Assembly: GCA_017525875.1 (NCBI GenBank)
Contig: JAFXSG010000048.1
Location: forward strand, 1,856-65,855
DNA length: 64,000 nucleotides
Direction: 5' to 3'
Source of the DNA: Clostridia bacterium
GTDB lineage: Bacteria; Bacillota; Clostridia; Christensenellales; CAG-138
In this document: piece after piece, positions 25,662 to 34,721 of the stretch
Numbering within the stretch: the stretch's first letter is position 1
Layout of the letters: every line of letters begins with the position of its first letter
Notes under the pieces: generated by a model
The model's input: only the letters and a program-made list of their open reading frames with translations
The model's database searches: none
Told to the model about the DNA's origin: nothing
Translations under genes and position numbers: made by a program

Positions 25662-25791
25662 TCAAAGAAACCTCTTTTGTCTACTGGGGCAAAAGAGGTT
25701 TCTTGTTGATTCATACACATACTTGCTTGATAACGAGGCAAAAAAACAGTATAATATTTGCAGATCGTTGTGCCGGAAGGAGAAATACGAT

Positions 25792-26226
25792 ATGGGGATT
25801 TTAATGAGGAATACATCGAATTACTCTGCGGGCGAAATCTTTTATTACGTAAGTAAAAAACGGATGTTTGGCTGCGTAATCCTGTTTCAACAGCAGGATT
25901 ATTATTTGATTGCTCTTTCAGAAGAGATTACGAAAACAACGAAGGATATTTGCTGCGATGATGTTCTCCAATCGGCCCTTTATACACTTGCATGGTATTC
26001 TGATGTTGAGATGCTGCTGCCTCACAGACTGCACCGACTCGGAACAATACCCCTTACCGCAGATTATACGAATCGTGCAGGATTGTTGATTGATGATCAA
26101 GGAATAATCCTGAAGAATGTTGGGCAAAGCGGAACGTGGACACATACATACCGTTCCTTCGCTCTCCGTGATGTAAAAGTAAAGAATGTTCTGGACACGA
26201 AATATGTACCGAAAACGATACGGTAA
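25792..26226 (+). CDS. Hypothetical protein in low-GC islet
   Basis: GGAAGGAG RBS. The DNA is visibly AT-rich compared with its surroundings, and the gene is flanked by the 59-bp direct repeats. No family recognised. Confidence 0.6.
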   Translation: MGILMRNTSNYSAGEIFYYVSKKRMFGCVILFQQQDYYLIALSEEITKTTKDICCDDVLQSALYTLAWYSDVEMLLPHRLHRLGTIPLTADYTNRAGLLIDDQGIILKNVGQSGTWTHTYRSFALRDVKVKNVLDTKYVPKTIR

Positions 26227-26282
26227 AAAATGTCTTTTACGCGCTTTTTCTATGGTTTCGTACCTTTTAGGTGCTCTTTCAC

Positions 26283-26341
26283 AAAAACAAGAGGTCCATT
26301 TGGGCCTCTTGTTTTTTGCATTATATAAAAGGGACTCGAAG
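26283..26341 (+). repeat. 59-bp direct repeat, copy 2
   Basis: Identical to 25478-25536. Confidence 0.9.
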
Positions 26342-26362
26342 GGCCGTTAAGCAAAGGCAAGG

Positions 26363-27076
26363 TCAACTTTGATTTTCGTTTTCTCCGGGTTCCCTCCGGG
26401 CCGAATTGCCTTTCCCTCCTTTTGCGGCGCGCGCCATGACGAACGCGGCGCAGGCGCCGGAAAACGCGAACGCAATGAGGATCGCGAGATGCTCCGCAAA
26501 TACGAGGGCGGCGGACCTGCCGTTATCCCGGAGAGCGAAGGGGATGCGGAAAAAGATATAGTCCGGTATCCCGTTCCTCACAAAAAGCCAGAACCCTGCC
26601 GCCGCTGCCGCAGCGAATAAAGCCACGGCGGCGGTTTTGATTCTTCCGTTCAGTTTGAATCTCGCCGTCATCGCGGGGATATGCAGCCCCAGATGGAAGC
26701 CCATGAGTATGAACGACCAGAAGGACAGGGCGAGATGAAAACGCCGCGCGAACGTGGCGGGCAGCATCCCGTACATAAACGGGACCGCGTGCGCGCTCAT
26801 CGCCATGCCGCAAAGCGCCGTCAGCGCGGCGCAGGTGAGCAGAAGCGCGTTGACGGTCAGCGTCACGATCCGGTACGCGCTGTACTTCCCTTTGAAAAGA
26901 GCGGCATACCACTTGCGGTTGAGGATGTGGTGCACGATCAGGAGCGCCGTCATCCCGACGCCGAACCACTCGTGCAGGGCCTCCCCCGTGACCTGATACG
27001 CCATCAGCAGGAGCAGCAGGACGGTCATGCATGCGTCAACGAGCGTCTTTACGGTGTTTTTCCTTCGGGCTTTCAT
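26363..27076 (-). CDS. DUF4405-like polytopic membrane protein
   Basis: GGAGGA RBS. TM helices carry conserved His residues (ALHEWFGVGMTALLIVHHILNRKW; HLALSFWSFILMGFHLGLHIP). It is paired with an upstream flavodoxin gene. Confidence 0.6.
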   Translation of the reverse strand: MKARRKNTVKTLVDACMTVLLLLLMAYQVTGEALHEWFGVGMTALLIVHHILNRKWYAALFKGKYSAYRIVTLTVNALLLTCAALTALCGMAMSAHAVPFMYGMLPATFARRFHLALSFWSFILMGFHLGLHIPAMTARFKLNGRIKTAAVALFAAAAAAGFWLFVRNGIPDYIFFRIPFALRDNGRSAALVFAEHLAILIAFAFSGACAAFVMARAAKGGKGNSARREPGENENQS

Positions 27077-27096
27077 CCGCCGCCATCCTCCGACGA

Positions 27097-27765
27097 TCAT
27101 TTCAGGCTGTCGATCCACGCGCGGAGCTCTGCCTCCGTCACGCCGGCGCCGAAGCGTTTCCCTTCAAGCCAGTTCCCGCTCTTTGCGTTCTCCGCGAGGT
27201 TTCTTCCGCTTCTTCCTATGCCGCTGCTCGATGAGGTGCAGAACGGTATCAGGGTGACGCCGTCAAAATCATAGCTTTCCACAAAGGTGTCCATGATGCG
27301 CGGCTCTTCACCCCACCAGATCGGGAAACCGATATATACCGTGCTGTAACCGGCCGGATCGAGCGCGTCGCTTCCGATTGCCGGCCTCGAGGCTTTGTCG
27401 TTCTGCTCGATCGTGGAACGGCTGTTCCGGTCGTTCCAGTTCAGATTGGCTGCCGAATACGGCTCGGCCGGAACTATCTCGTACAGTTCGCCGCCGGTGA
27501 GCGCGGCGAGCTTTTCCGCAACGCCCTTTGTGGTGCCGGTGGCGGAGAAATACACGACAAGAACCTCGCTGTGCGGCTCCGGCGCGGCTTCCGCGGTGGA
27601 TCCGGCGTCTGGAGAACCGGTCGGCCCGGCCGTCGATGCTTCGATCGGTTCCGCGGTCGGCGCCTCCGTGTCCTTCGGCTGCTCAGCCGCCGGAGGCTGC
27701 GCCGCGCACGCCGCAAAGACGAACAGCAGAGCTGCCGCCAGGAGAATGATAAACGATTTTTTCAT
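27097..27765 (-). CDS. Flavodoxin-like lipoprotein (extracytoplasmic)
   Basis: Signal peptide with Cys (MKKSFIILLAAALLFVFAACAAQ) and a Pro/Thr/Ala linker. The flavodoxin core is VLVVYFSATGTTKGVAEKLA...YIGFPIWWGEEPRIM...LIPFCTSSSSG. Confidence 0.75.
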   Translation of the reverse strand: MKKSFIILLAAALLFVFAACAAQPPAAEQPKDTEAPTAEPIEASTAGPTGSPDAGSTAEAAPEPHSEVLVVYFSATGTTKGVAEKLAALTGGELYEIVPAEPYSAANLNWNDRNSRSTIEQNDKASRPAIGSDALDPAGYSTVYIGFPIWWGEEPRIMDTFVESYDFDGVTLIPFCTSSSSGIGRSGRNLAENAKSGNWLEGKRFGAGVTEAELRAWIDSLK

Positions 27766-27934
27766 TTTGCGCAGATCCCCGAACGGCCGTCAGCAGTGTC
27801 CATGCCGCGCAAAGCCGTCCGCATTCAGAAGGATCGGCGATCTTCTTTCGGGAGCGCCGGAGATACTTGACCTTTTAGCATCGCTGTGCTATCTTATGGT
27901 TTGGAAATAATACATAACGATCCGAGGAGTACGT

Positions 27935-28414
27935 ATGATCCGTCTTGAAAAACTGACCTACGAGAACTTTTACGACGTGTTCGGGCTGAAGGTGAACAAG
28001 GCTCAGAAAGAGTTCGTGGCGAGCAATATGTTCAGCGTTGCGGAAGCCTACGTTACCGCCGTGAACGGCGGGCACGTCTTTCCCTTCGCGATCTACAACG
28101 ACAGGAAGCTCGTCGGCTTCATCCAGCTTGCGTACGGCGAAAACGCCGATCAGGACGGCGTGAGCATGGAGAAGGACAGCTATGAGATCTGGCGCTTCAT
28201 GATCGACAAGAGGTATCAGGGCAGGGGCTACGGCAGGGAAGCCCTCCGGCAGGCGATAGAGTTCATCCGCACATGGCCCTGCGGGAAGGCGGACCTCTGC
28301 TGGATATCCTACGAGCCGGAAAACGAGACCGCGAAAAAGCTCTACGCATCCTTCGGCTTTGAGGAGACCGGCGAAATGTGCGGCGACGAGATCGTTGCCG
28401 TATTGAAGCTGTGA
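27935..28414 (+). CDS. GNAT family N-acetyltransferase
   Basis: WRFMIDKRYQGRGYGREALRQAIEFI matches the acetyl-CoA-binding motif Q/RxxGxG/A. Confidence 0.8.
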   Translation: MIRLEKLTYENFYDVFGLKVNKAQKEFVASNMFSVAEAYVTAVNGGHVFPFAIYNDRKLVGFIQLAYGENADQDGVSMEKDSYEIWRFMIDKRYQGRGYGREALRQAIEFIRTWPCGKADLCWISYEPENETAKKLYASFGFEETGEMCGDEIVAVLKL

Positions 28415-28434
28415 TACGAAAAGGAGTATTGAAA

Positions 28435-29151
28435 ATGTCGGATATCACCGAGGGCAGGAACGACCGCATCAAAGGCTACGGAATAGTTTTGGGCATTGCT
28501 TATCTGATTTTGCAGCACTGTTTTTACCTGGCCGGGCACGGCCTTGCATTGGTCGTCGGGTTCACGCCCTTTTTGCCGAAGCTCGCTCTGGACGACGCGA
28601 TACCGATCGTTTCGGTGTTCATCGTTCCGTACATCTGGTCGTACGCTTTCTGGGCGATGGGACCGATGGTCGTTTCAAAATGCGAAAAGCAGCATTTTGC
28701 GGACTACATGGCGGCAAACCTCATTGCCTGCACGGCCGGGATGCTCGTTCTTGCGTTTTTCCCGACCTATATGGACAGAGTCGCCGAAGGACTTTTCGAC
28801 GTGCCGGAGGACCCGACGGTGTTTGACCGGCTGCGAATGTTCTGGTATTCGCTGGACGGGGCCAAGATCGCGTATAACCTGCTCCCCAGCTTCCACTGCA
28901 TAAACAGCACCCTCTGCTATCTCGGAGTTGCCCGCCGCAAGGAGATCCCCTTGTGGTTCAGGGTCTATTCCCTTATAACGGCTCTGCTGATCTATGCTTC
29001 CACGCTGTACGTCAAGCAGCACTTCATTCTGGACGTGGTTACCGGCATCCCGCTTGCCGCAGCTGCATTTTTCCTGTGCAAAAAGCTGCACTGGGGAAGA
29101 ATGTTCGACCCGATCGTGCGCCTCTTCGCAAAGCGGAAGGAAGCGCACTGA
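28435..29151 (+). CDS. PAP2 superfamily membrane phosphatase-like protein
   Basis: AAGGAG RBS, multiple TM segments, and LPSFHCINS ... YVKQHFILDVVTG (PSxH / HxxxD-type PAP2 motifs). Confidence 0.6.
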   Translation: MSDITEGRNDRIKGYGIVLGIAYLILQHCFYLAGHGLALVVGFTPFLPKLALDDAIPIVSVFIVPYIWSYAFWAMGPMVVSKCEKQHFADYMAANLIACTAGMLVLAFFPTYMDRVAEGLFDVPEDPTVFDRLRMFWYSLDGAKIAYNLLPSFHCINSTLCYLGVARRKEIPLWFRVYSLITALLIYASTLYVKQHFILDVVTGIPLAAAAFFLCKKLHWGRMFDPIVRLFAKRKEAH

Positions 29152-29223
29152 AGGCAGCGCTATGGCAGCACGTCCCGTTTACGCAGTTAAAAGCAGCGCG
29201 CCTCCCCCGCCCCGGCCGTGCCG

Positions 29224-29376
29224 AAAGCCGGCGACAGGATCGTCCACAAGGCGTTCGGCGCGGGCGTCGTGACCGCCGTCACCGCCTCCGGGCTTCGGAT
29301 CGATTTCAAGTCCGTCGGCTAAAAGACGCTGAGCGCGGAATGGGTGATGAAGAACTGCGAGATCGTGAAAGAATAG
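29224..29376 (+). pseudogene. Remnant of a small Tudor/DUF3553-like or helicase C-terminal module, interrupted by an in-frame TAA
   Basis: KAGDRIVHKAFGAGVVTAVTASGLRIDFKSVG*KTLSAEWVMKNCEIVKE, with the stop at 29320-29322. No proper start is visible. Confidence 0.35.
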
Positions 29377-29434
29377 TTTTATCCCATCTATCAAAAACCA
29401 GGAAGGGCGGCCCTTCCCGGTTTTTTCTTGATTT

Positions 29435-30106
29435 TCAGCTCACTCCCCCGCTTTTCCAGGTGAGCTCGTGCGGGCTGAGGGGTTCGGTCCCGTTCAATAT
29501 GCGGCGAAGCGCGTCCTCGCAGACGGGGAGCGCTTTTTTAATGAACTCGTCGATGAGCTCCGCGGAGAGGAAGCGCGTATCGCCCGCCGCTTCGTCGGCA
29601 AAGTCCGCAGCGAGATCGGCGCGCAGCAGGGGCAGATCGAACGGGAAGATCGAGTTTATCGGCTCCGCTTCGATCCCGATATCGGGCGAGAGGCGGTTTT
29701 CAAGACCGTAGGCCGTGACGATATGACGGTTAAGGATATGATAATCCCGGTGCAGGAAGCTGACGTCCTCAAGGGAGCGGATGTTCTCACCGAGCCGGAG
29801 CCCGTGCCAGAACACCCGGAAACACGCGTCCTGTGCAAGATGGAGATAATAGCCGAGATACAGCCCGTCCGACGGGATCTTCTCCGCGAAGTTCAGGCGG
29901 AAGCGCTCGAAATCGGATATGCGGCCCCGCTCCGTTTCGGCGATAAAATGCGTTTTCTTCCTAAGATCGGGCGAGGGCTTGCCCGGGCCGTACGCGTCCG
30001 GCAGAAGATTGCCTGCGCGGAAGCGCGCGGCATTGCAGGCGGAAAGCCGGGGTGCGTTTTTGAGCAGCGCCTCTCCCAAAAGGTAATGCACGAGCCTTTG
30101 CGCCAT
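29435..30106 (-). CDS. Hypothetical protein (possibly zinc-dependent phospholipase C-like fold)
   Basis: Coding-like ORF. The N-terminal HYLLGEALL ... LLPDAY ... THF is reminiscent of that family; the functional call is weak. Confidence 0.5.
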   Translation of the reverse strand: MAQRLVHYLLGEALLKNAPRLSACNAARFRAGNLLPDAYGPGKPSPDLRKKTHFIAETERGRISDFERFRLNFAEKIPSDGLYLGYYLHLAQDACFRVFWHGLRLGENIRSLEDVSFLHRDYHILNRHIVTAYGLENRLSPDIGIEAEPINSIFPFDLPLLRADLAADFADEAAGDTRFLSAELIDEFIKKALPVCEDALRRILNGTEPLSPHELTWKSGGVS

Positions 30107-30174
30107 GAGTTTTCCCCTCCCCTTTTTTCGTTATTTTAACACGCAAACCCGCCGCCCGCAATCCCCCGCTTTGA

Positions 30175-30203
30175 TTGACCGTGAAAGCGTTTTGTGATAT
30201 AAT
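30175..30203 (+). promoter_or_regulatory. Sigma-A-type promoter of tail-fibre remnant cluster
   Basis: TTGACC, 17-nt spacer, TGaTATAAT. The 21 nt at 30196-30216 are identical to 1685-1705. Confidence 0.55.
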
Positions 30204-30255
30204 AATAGTAGAGGCAAGTTTCGATAAATCGCATTCTTTTCTTTCAGATCGATCA

Positions 30256-31341
30256 ATGAGTGAGATCATTAAAGTGATCGTGCAGAACAACACGGTCTAT
30301 GTTCCGTACGGCGCGGAGATCGTTTCCGACAACACGAAATATGCGATCCAATTCCTCTTTGACGACGAATGGAGCTCCTACAAGCACAAGACGGCCCGAT
30401 TCGTGATCGACGGCGAGTACACGGACGTGGATTTTTCCGGCGACCTTGCCGCCGTCCCCTGTCTGAGCCCCGATACGGATCATATCCTCGTGGGCTGTTA
30501 CATCACGCCGAGCGGCGGCGGGTTCATGACGACCACCGCGGGCCGCATCCCGGTGCGCGCTTCGGTGCTGGGCGATTCGCAGACGAACGCCTCGCCCTAC
30601 GAACCCGGGGTGATCGGGCTGGCGTCCGAACTTGATGAGGACGACACGGTGATCGTCTGCAGTACTTCCGGCGGCGTGTACGTCAAGGCGACGCTCGGGC
30701 AGCTGGCTGCGCTGACGGGCGCTGAAAAGGTGAGCGTCGACCAGGGCGCCGCTAACGCCGGCAAGGTGCTTGCCGTCGGCCAGGACGGTGAAGTGACCCT
30801 CGTGAGCGCGGGCGCGAACGGCAAGTCCGCCTATGAGCTGGCCGTTGACAACGGCTTTTCCGGCACGGAGGCCGAATGGCTGACCTCGCTGAAGGGCGCG
30901 GCGGGCAGCACTCCCGTGCGCGGCGTGGACTATATGACGAGCGAGGATATCTCCTCTATCGCAAGCGCCGCCGCTTCAGGCGCGGCTTCGCAGCTGCAGC
31001 CCGGCATCACCTCGCTTTCCTCTGCGGTCGCGGCAAAGGCCGACAAGGCCGCCGAGGTGACCGTCCCGACCGCGGGCGCGGTCACACAGGCGCTCGACGC
31101 GGGCAAGATCTATCATTTCACAGGCAGCCTTACGAGCCTGACGCTGACGCTGAACGCGGCTGCCTCCGGTGAAACCGCGCAGTATCATTTCGACTTCACG
31201 GCGGGCGCTTCCGCGCCGACGCTGACGCTGCCGAACGCCGTATCCATGCCGGACGGCTGGAGCGTTGACGCGAACACGCGATATGAGGTGGATATCCTGA
31301 ACGGCTACGGCGTCGCTGCCGGTTGGGCGGTGAGCGCATGA
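30256..31341 (+). CDS. Phage tail fibre-like protein
   Basis: GKSAYELAVDNGFSGTEAEWLTSLKGAAGSTPVRG is a motif common in phage tail fibre and receptor-binding proteins. The start is at 30256. Confidence 0.65.
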   Translation: MSEIIKVIVQNNTVYVPYGAEIVSDNTKYAIQFLFDDEWSSYKHKTARFVIDGEYTDVDFSGDLAAVPCLSPDTDHILVGCYITPSGGGFMTTTAGRIPVRASVLGDSQTNASPYEPGVIGLASELDEDDTVIVCSTSGGVYVKATLGQLAALTGAEKVSVDQGAANAGKVLAVGQDGEVTLVSAGANGKSAYELAVDNGFSGTEAEWLTSLKGAAGSTPVRGVDYMTSEDISSIASAAASGAASQLQPGITSLSSAVAAKADKAAEVTVPTAGAVTQALDAGKIYHFTGSLTSLTLTLNAAASGETAQYHFDFTAGASAPTLTLPNAVSMPDGWSVDANTRYEVDILNGYGVAAGWAVSA

Positions 31342-31961
31342 GCCTGACGGAAAGACGCAGGATGCTTGCGCAGGCGGGCGCCGCTGAACAGTGGGACTTT
31401 AAGTGGGACTATACGATGGGTAAGCTTGAAGAGCAGACCGGATGGACTGCCAGCGTGAGCGGCAGCGGTTCGACCTCCCTTACGGCGAACGGAGAGGAGT
31501 TCGTCACCGCGACCGGTTCATACCTCCAGGTCGGCCCCGGTTCTAACCACCCGCAGGCAAGCGCGCTTCGCCGTTTCACCGAAAACGGATACGGCGTTGT
31601 CGAAGCCGTAATGTACGGATCCTTTTCCCCAACGGGCGCGAATCTGCGCATCACCGCAGCGGCGTCAAATCAAAAAAGGATCACTCTCTTCCAATACGGC
31701 GGAAAATGGAAGTTGTATGACAACAACTCAATCGTGGCCTGCAGCGTGCTTGCAGACGCGGTCAACAACACCGAATACAAGGTCAGGATCGTTTTCAAGG
31801 ATACCGCCGCCGATATCTATATCAACGGCGAGTTGGCGGCAGCGGATCTTGATACCTCAAAGACCGTGTACGGCTCGACAAACAGCGTTATGCACCAAAA
31901 CGGCGGCAGCGGCTATTACGCCGTGCTGAAATCCCTGAAGATCAAATGCGGGAGGATCTGA
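31338..31961 (+). CDS. Phage-associated hypothetical protein
   Basis: Its start overlaps the upstream stop (ATGA), indicating co-transcription with the tail-fibre gene. Confidence 0.55.
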   Translation: MSLTERRRMLAQAGAAEQWDFKWDYTMGKLEEQTGWTASVSGSGSTSLTANGEEFVTATGSYLQVGPGSNHPQASALRRFTENGYGVVEAVMYGSFSPTGANLRITAAASNQKRITLFQYGGKWKLYDNNSIVACSVLADAVNNTEYKVRIVFKDTAADIYINGELAAADLDTSKTVYGSTNSVMHQNGGSGYYAVLKSLKIKCGRI

Positions 31962-31966
31962 TAAAC

Positions 31967-32215
31967 ATGTATGCAAAAATAATAAGCCACGTATTCACAC
32001 CCGCTCCGCGCCGCGCCGTCATCGGCAGCGAGCAGGTGTTCAACCCGACGGAAGCGCAGCTCGCGGCGCTCGGCTACAAGCCCGTGATCTTCACAGAGCC
32101 GTCCGAAGTGCCGGAGGGCTTTTACGCAGAAATCCGCTGGGAGGAGACCGAAGACTCAATAGTGCAGACCTGGACTCTTGCCGCAGCCTCGGACGGGGCA
32201 AGCGGTGCTGACTGA
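31967..32215 (+). CDS. Small phage-associated hypothetical protein
   Basis: Third gene of the cluster. NPTEAQLAALGYKPV is typical of small ORFs next to tail fibres (from memory). Confidence 0.5.
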   Translation: MYAKIISHVFTPAPRRAVIGSEQVFNPTEAQLAALGYKPVIFTEPSEVPEGFYAEIRWEETEDSIVQTWTLAAASDGASGAD

Positions 32216-32278
32216 CGGCTCTGCAAACCGAACATAAACACATAAACAGAAGAACGGCCCTCAGGGCCGTTCTTTTTA

Positions 32279-32800
32279 TTAAGAGTTTTGCCGTTTTGTT
32301 ATCCTGTAATAACAGCAGGTATGCTCTCTTCCGCGGTAGGTTATCGTTTCGGTCTCGTCCGTGCGGTGCATGCCGCATTTTTCCATCACGCGGATGCTCG
32401 CTTTGTTTTCGATGAACGCGCCGGTCTTTACTGCGGAAAAGCCCAACCGGAAAAGCTCGGCCGTTGCCGCGGCAAGTGCTTCCGAGGCATAACCGCGGCC
32501 TTGGTGCGCCGGAGCGATCGCGCAGCCGAGCTCGATCTCCCGGCCCTGTCGGTCGGTCTCGTTGAGGAGGCCGATCAAGGTATCGCCGAGGAAGACGCCC
32601 CAAACGAAGCGCTCCGGGTCCTCCGACAGCTGCTTCAGCCTTTGAAAGAGCCGCTCCTTTGCCTCCGGGGTCTCAAGAGGCGGTACCATATAGGTCTCCG
32701 TGACGGACGGGTCGGTGAGGAGCGCGATCAGCGCGGGGGCATCCTGCGGACGCAGGGCCGCGAGGCGCAGTCTCTCGGTTTTCAGTTCGCTTTTTTGCAT
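32279..32800 (-). CDS. GNAT family N-acetyltransferase (RimJ/RimL-like)
   Basis: TERLRLAALRPQDAPALIALLTDP ... HQGRGYASEALAAATAELF. Confidence 0.8.
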   Translation of the reverse strand: MQKSELKTERLRLAALRPQDAPALIALLTDPSVTETYMVPPLETPEAKERLFQRLKQLSEDPERFVWGVFLGDTLIGLLNETDRQGREIELGCAIAPAHQGRGYASEALAAATAELFRLGFSAVKTGAFIENKASIRVMEKCGMHRTDETETITYRGREHTCCYYRITKRQNS

Positions 32801-32834
32801 AGGCGGTTTTGGGCCGGAGCCCCTTTGCGGGATG

Positions 32835-33167
32835 TCACGCCCACCACATGTGGGTGATAAAGAGGTATGAAAGGCCGAACGCGCACGCGGCGGCGATCAG
32901 CGGGAAAGCTATGCGCATCCAGCGTTTTTCGCACCTGCGGGCAAGGAGCGCGCTGATGACGACGGCGATGACCGCGACCGACGTCCAGAAGATCGCCGTG
33001 ATTGAATTGGCGTTGAAGCGGCGCACGACCGTATTCCCGGCTTCGTCGATGACCGGACAGCTGCAGCCGAACCGCTCCACAAGCACTTTTTCGTTCAGTA
33101 TTTTGTATGGATACAGCAGGACCGGGTAGAGGAGCAGCGGCAGGAATGTAATGATATTGCGTTTCAT
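32835..33167 (-). CDS. Small membrane protein, unknown function
   Basis: Three hydrophobic helices; coding-like ORF. Confidence 0.5.
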   Translation of the reverse strand: MKRNIITFLPLLLYPVLLYPYKILNEKVLVERFGCSCPVIDEAGNTVVRRFNANSITAIFWTSVAVIAVVISALLARRCEKRWMRIAFPLIAAACAFGLSYLFITHMWWA

Positions 33168-33200
33168 GGTTTCAGACCTCCTGTATTATTCAGCCGCATT

Positions 33201-33785
33201 TCAGGCGGCAAAGGCAGCGTGAGCAAAGAAGACCGCAAAGGCGATCACCGCCGAGGCGATGAACATCAGCGCCATGCTCGCGGCCCATCTGCCGCCCGCA
33301 TTGAAGCCGTAGAAATCATCCCAGCGGCGCTCCTCCGGCGCGAAAACGACCATCCGGCAGTAGACAGCGCCGTACAGCAACACCGGGAGCACGCCGAAAA
33401 CGACTGTCCACAGCGGCAAAGCGGTCCCTTCAAAGAAGATGAACGAGCAGAGCGCGAGAAGCGGGCAGATAAGGTGCAGCATCAGCTGCGCCCCCGTAAG
33501 CAGCAGCTTCCATTCATGAGAGACGGGGCCGAGGAAAAGCAGCACCGTAAGCATCGTGACCGTAACGGCGGCAGTGCCGGAATACTTGAGCATGACCGCC
33601 CAGACCGGCGTCGCGCCATACGGACAGGCGAGCAGCACGGCCGAGGAAACGGCGAGGAGCACGTTTGAAAGCGTTGTGAAAAACATGAAGAACCTGCCCG
33701 CGGGCTTCGTCTGTTTGACGCCGACGATCACGCAACAGGTCACGATCACAACGATCAGCGCATTCAACACAACCGAAACAAGCAT
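33201..33785 (-). CDS. Polytopic membrane protein (Pr6Pr/FAR-17a-like?)
   Basis: Six TM segments, with FFTTLSNVLLAVSS reminiscent of the Pr6Pr family. Confidence 0.5.
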   Translation of the reverse strand: MLVSVVLNALIVVIVTCCVIVGVKQTKPAGRFFMFFTTLSNVLLAVSSAVLLACPYGATPVWAVMLKYSGTAAVTVTMLTVLLFLGPVSHEWKLLLTGAQLMLHLICPLLALCSFIFFEGTALPLWTVVFGVLPVLLYGAVYCRMVVFAPEERRWDDFYGFNAGGRWAASMALMFIASAVIAFAVFFAHAAFAA

Positions 33786-33811
33786 TTTTGCCCTCCTTGG
33801 ACGCGCCGCGC

Positions 33812-34495
33812 TCAGACGCTGCCGTTGACGATCGCCGCGTAGGTCTCCTCCGGGATCATCGGCGAGCAGATCTCCGCAAGCAGAGCTTCGTCGACGCCGC
33901 CCGTTTCCGCGTACTGTTTTCCCGCCTGACGGATCAGCGCGAGCCTCGGCTGCGTGACCGGGGCGGCCTGAGGCACGTTGAACATCGGGCTTTCGGGCAC
34001 GGTGACGATCGTGTGCCCGTCCGGGAAGAGCAGTTTGAACTGCGCGGCGGCAGGCTCGAAATTATGCCTGCTGTTCGGGAAACCGCAGCCGCAGATCATC
34101 AGATAGCGAAGGCGGGAAAAATCCGCCTGACCTACGTGCTCGTAGCGGTCGCCCACCTTCGTCATCGCCATGGACGAAAGCGGCAGAACGCGGTCTATGA
34201 CCGCCTTGAGCGGCGCGGGCATGCCGTAGCAGTACAGCGGGAAGCTCAGGATCAACAGGTCGCTTTCGAGGATCTTTTCGAGTATGGGCCTCATATCATC
34301 ATCGTGGATGCAGGCGCCGCCGTTTCGCATGCAGGCAAAGCAGCCCGTGCAGTACTCGATATGCTTGTCTATGACGTCTATGATCTCCGTCTCCTGCGGC
34401 GCCGCCGCGTTCATGCCGTCGAGAAAAGCGCGGGTGATGTGCATGGTGTCGCTCTTATCGCGCTTCGGGCTTCCGTTCAGAACGAGTATTTTCAT
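33812..34495 (-). CDS. Flavodoxin-fold NAD(P)H-dependent FMN reductase / iron-sulfur flavoprotein-like
   Basis: MKILVLNGSPKRDKSDT ... CTGCFACMRNGGACIHDDDM ... LLILSFPLYCYGMPAPLKAVIDR. Confidence 0.75.
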   Translation of the reverse strand: MKILVLNGSPKRDKSDTMHITRAFLDGMNAAAPQETEIIDVIDKHIEYCTGCFACMRNGGACIHDDDMRPILEKILESDLLILSFPLYCYGMPAPLKAVIDRVLPLSSMAMTKVGDRYEHVGQADFSRLRYLMICGCGFPNSRHNFEPAAAQFKLLFPDGHTIVTVPESPMFNVPQAAPVTQPRLALIRQAGKQYAETGGVDEALLAEICSPMIPEETYAAIVNGSV

Positions 34496-34641
34496 GGTTT
34501 GCGGTCCTTTCCGTTTGCATTTATGACAGGTTTATTATAGCACGCCGGCCCGCAATGCGAAAGGGTTTGTTTGCGCACCGTTCCCTTCCGATGAACGGAG
34601 CGCGGCTTCCCGCAGGATACTCAGGAATCACGCGGTGTGTA

Positions 34642-34670
34642 TTGCATTTGCGCCCCGGATTTGATATAAT
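34642..34670 (+). promoter_or_regulatory. Sigma-A-type promoter
   Basis: TTGCAT, 17-nt spacer, TATAAT. Confidence 0.55.
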
Positions 34671-34721
34671 CTTATCAGATATATTTTATATCTGTATCAT
34701 TTTCAAACGGAGGGAGAACAA

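Noticed and set aside
25412-25816. 134-aa minus-strand ORF
   Set aside because: It overlaps tRNA-Val and its terminator/direct repeat in antisense, so it is an artefact.
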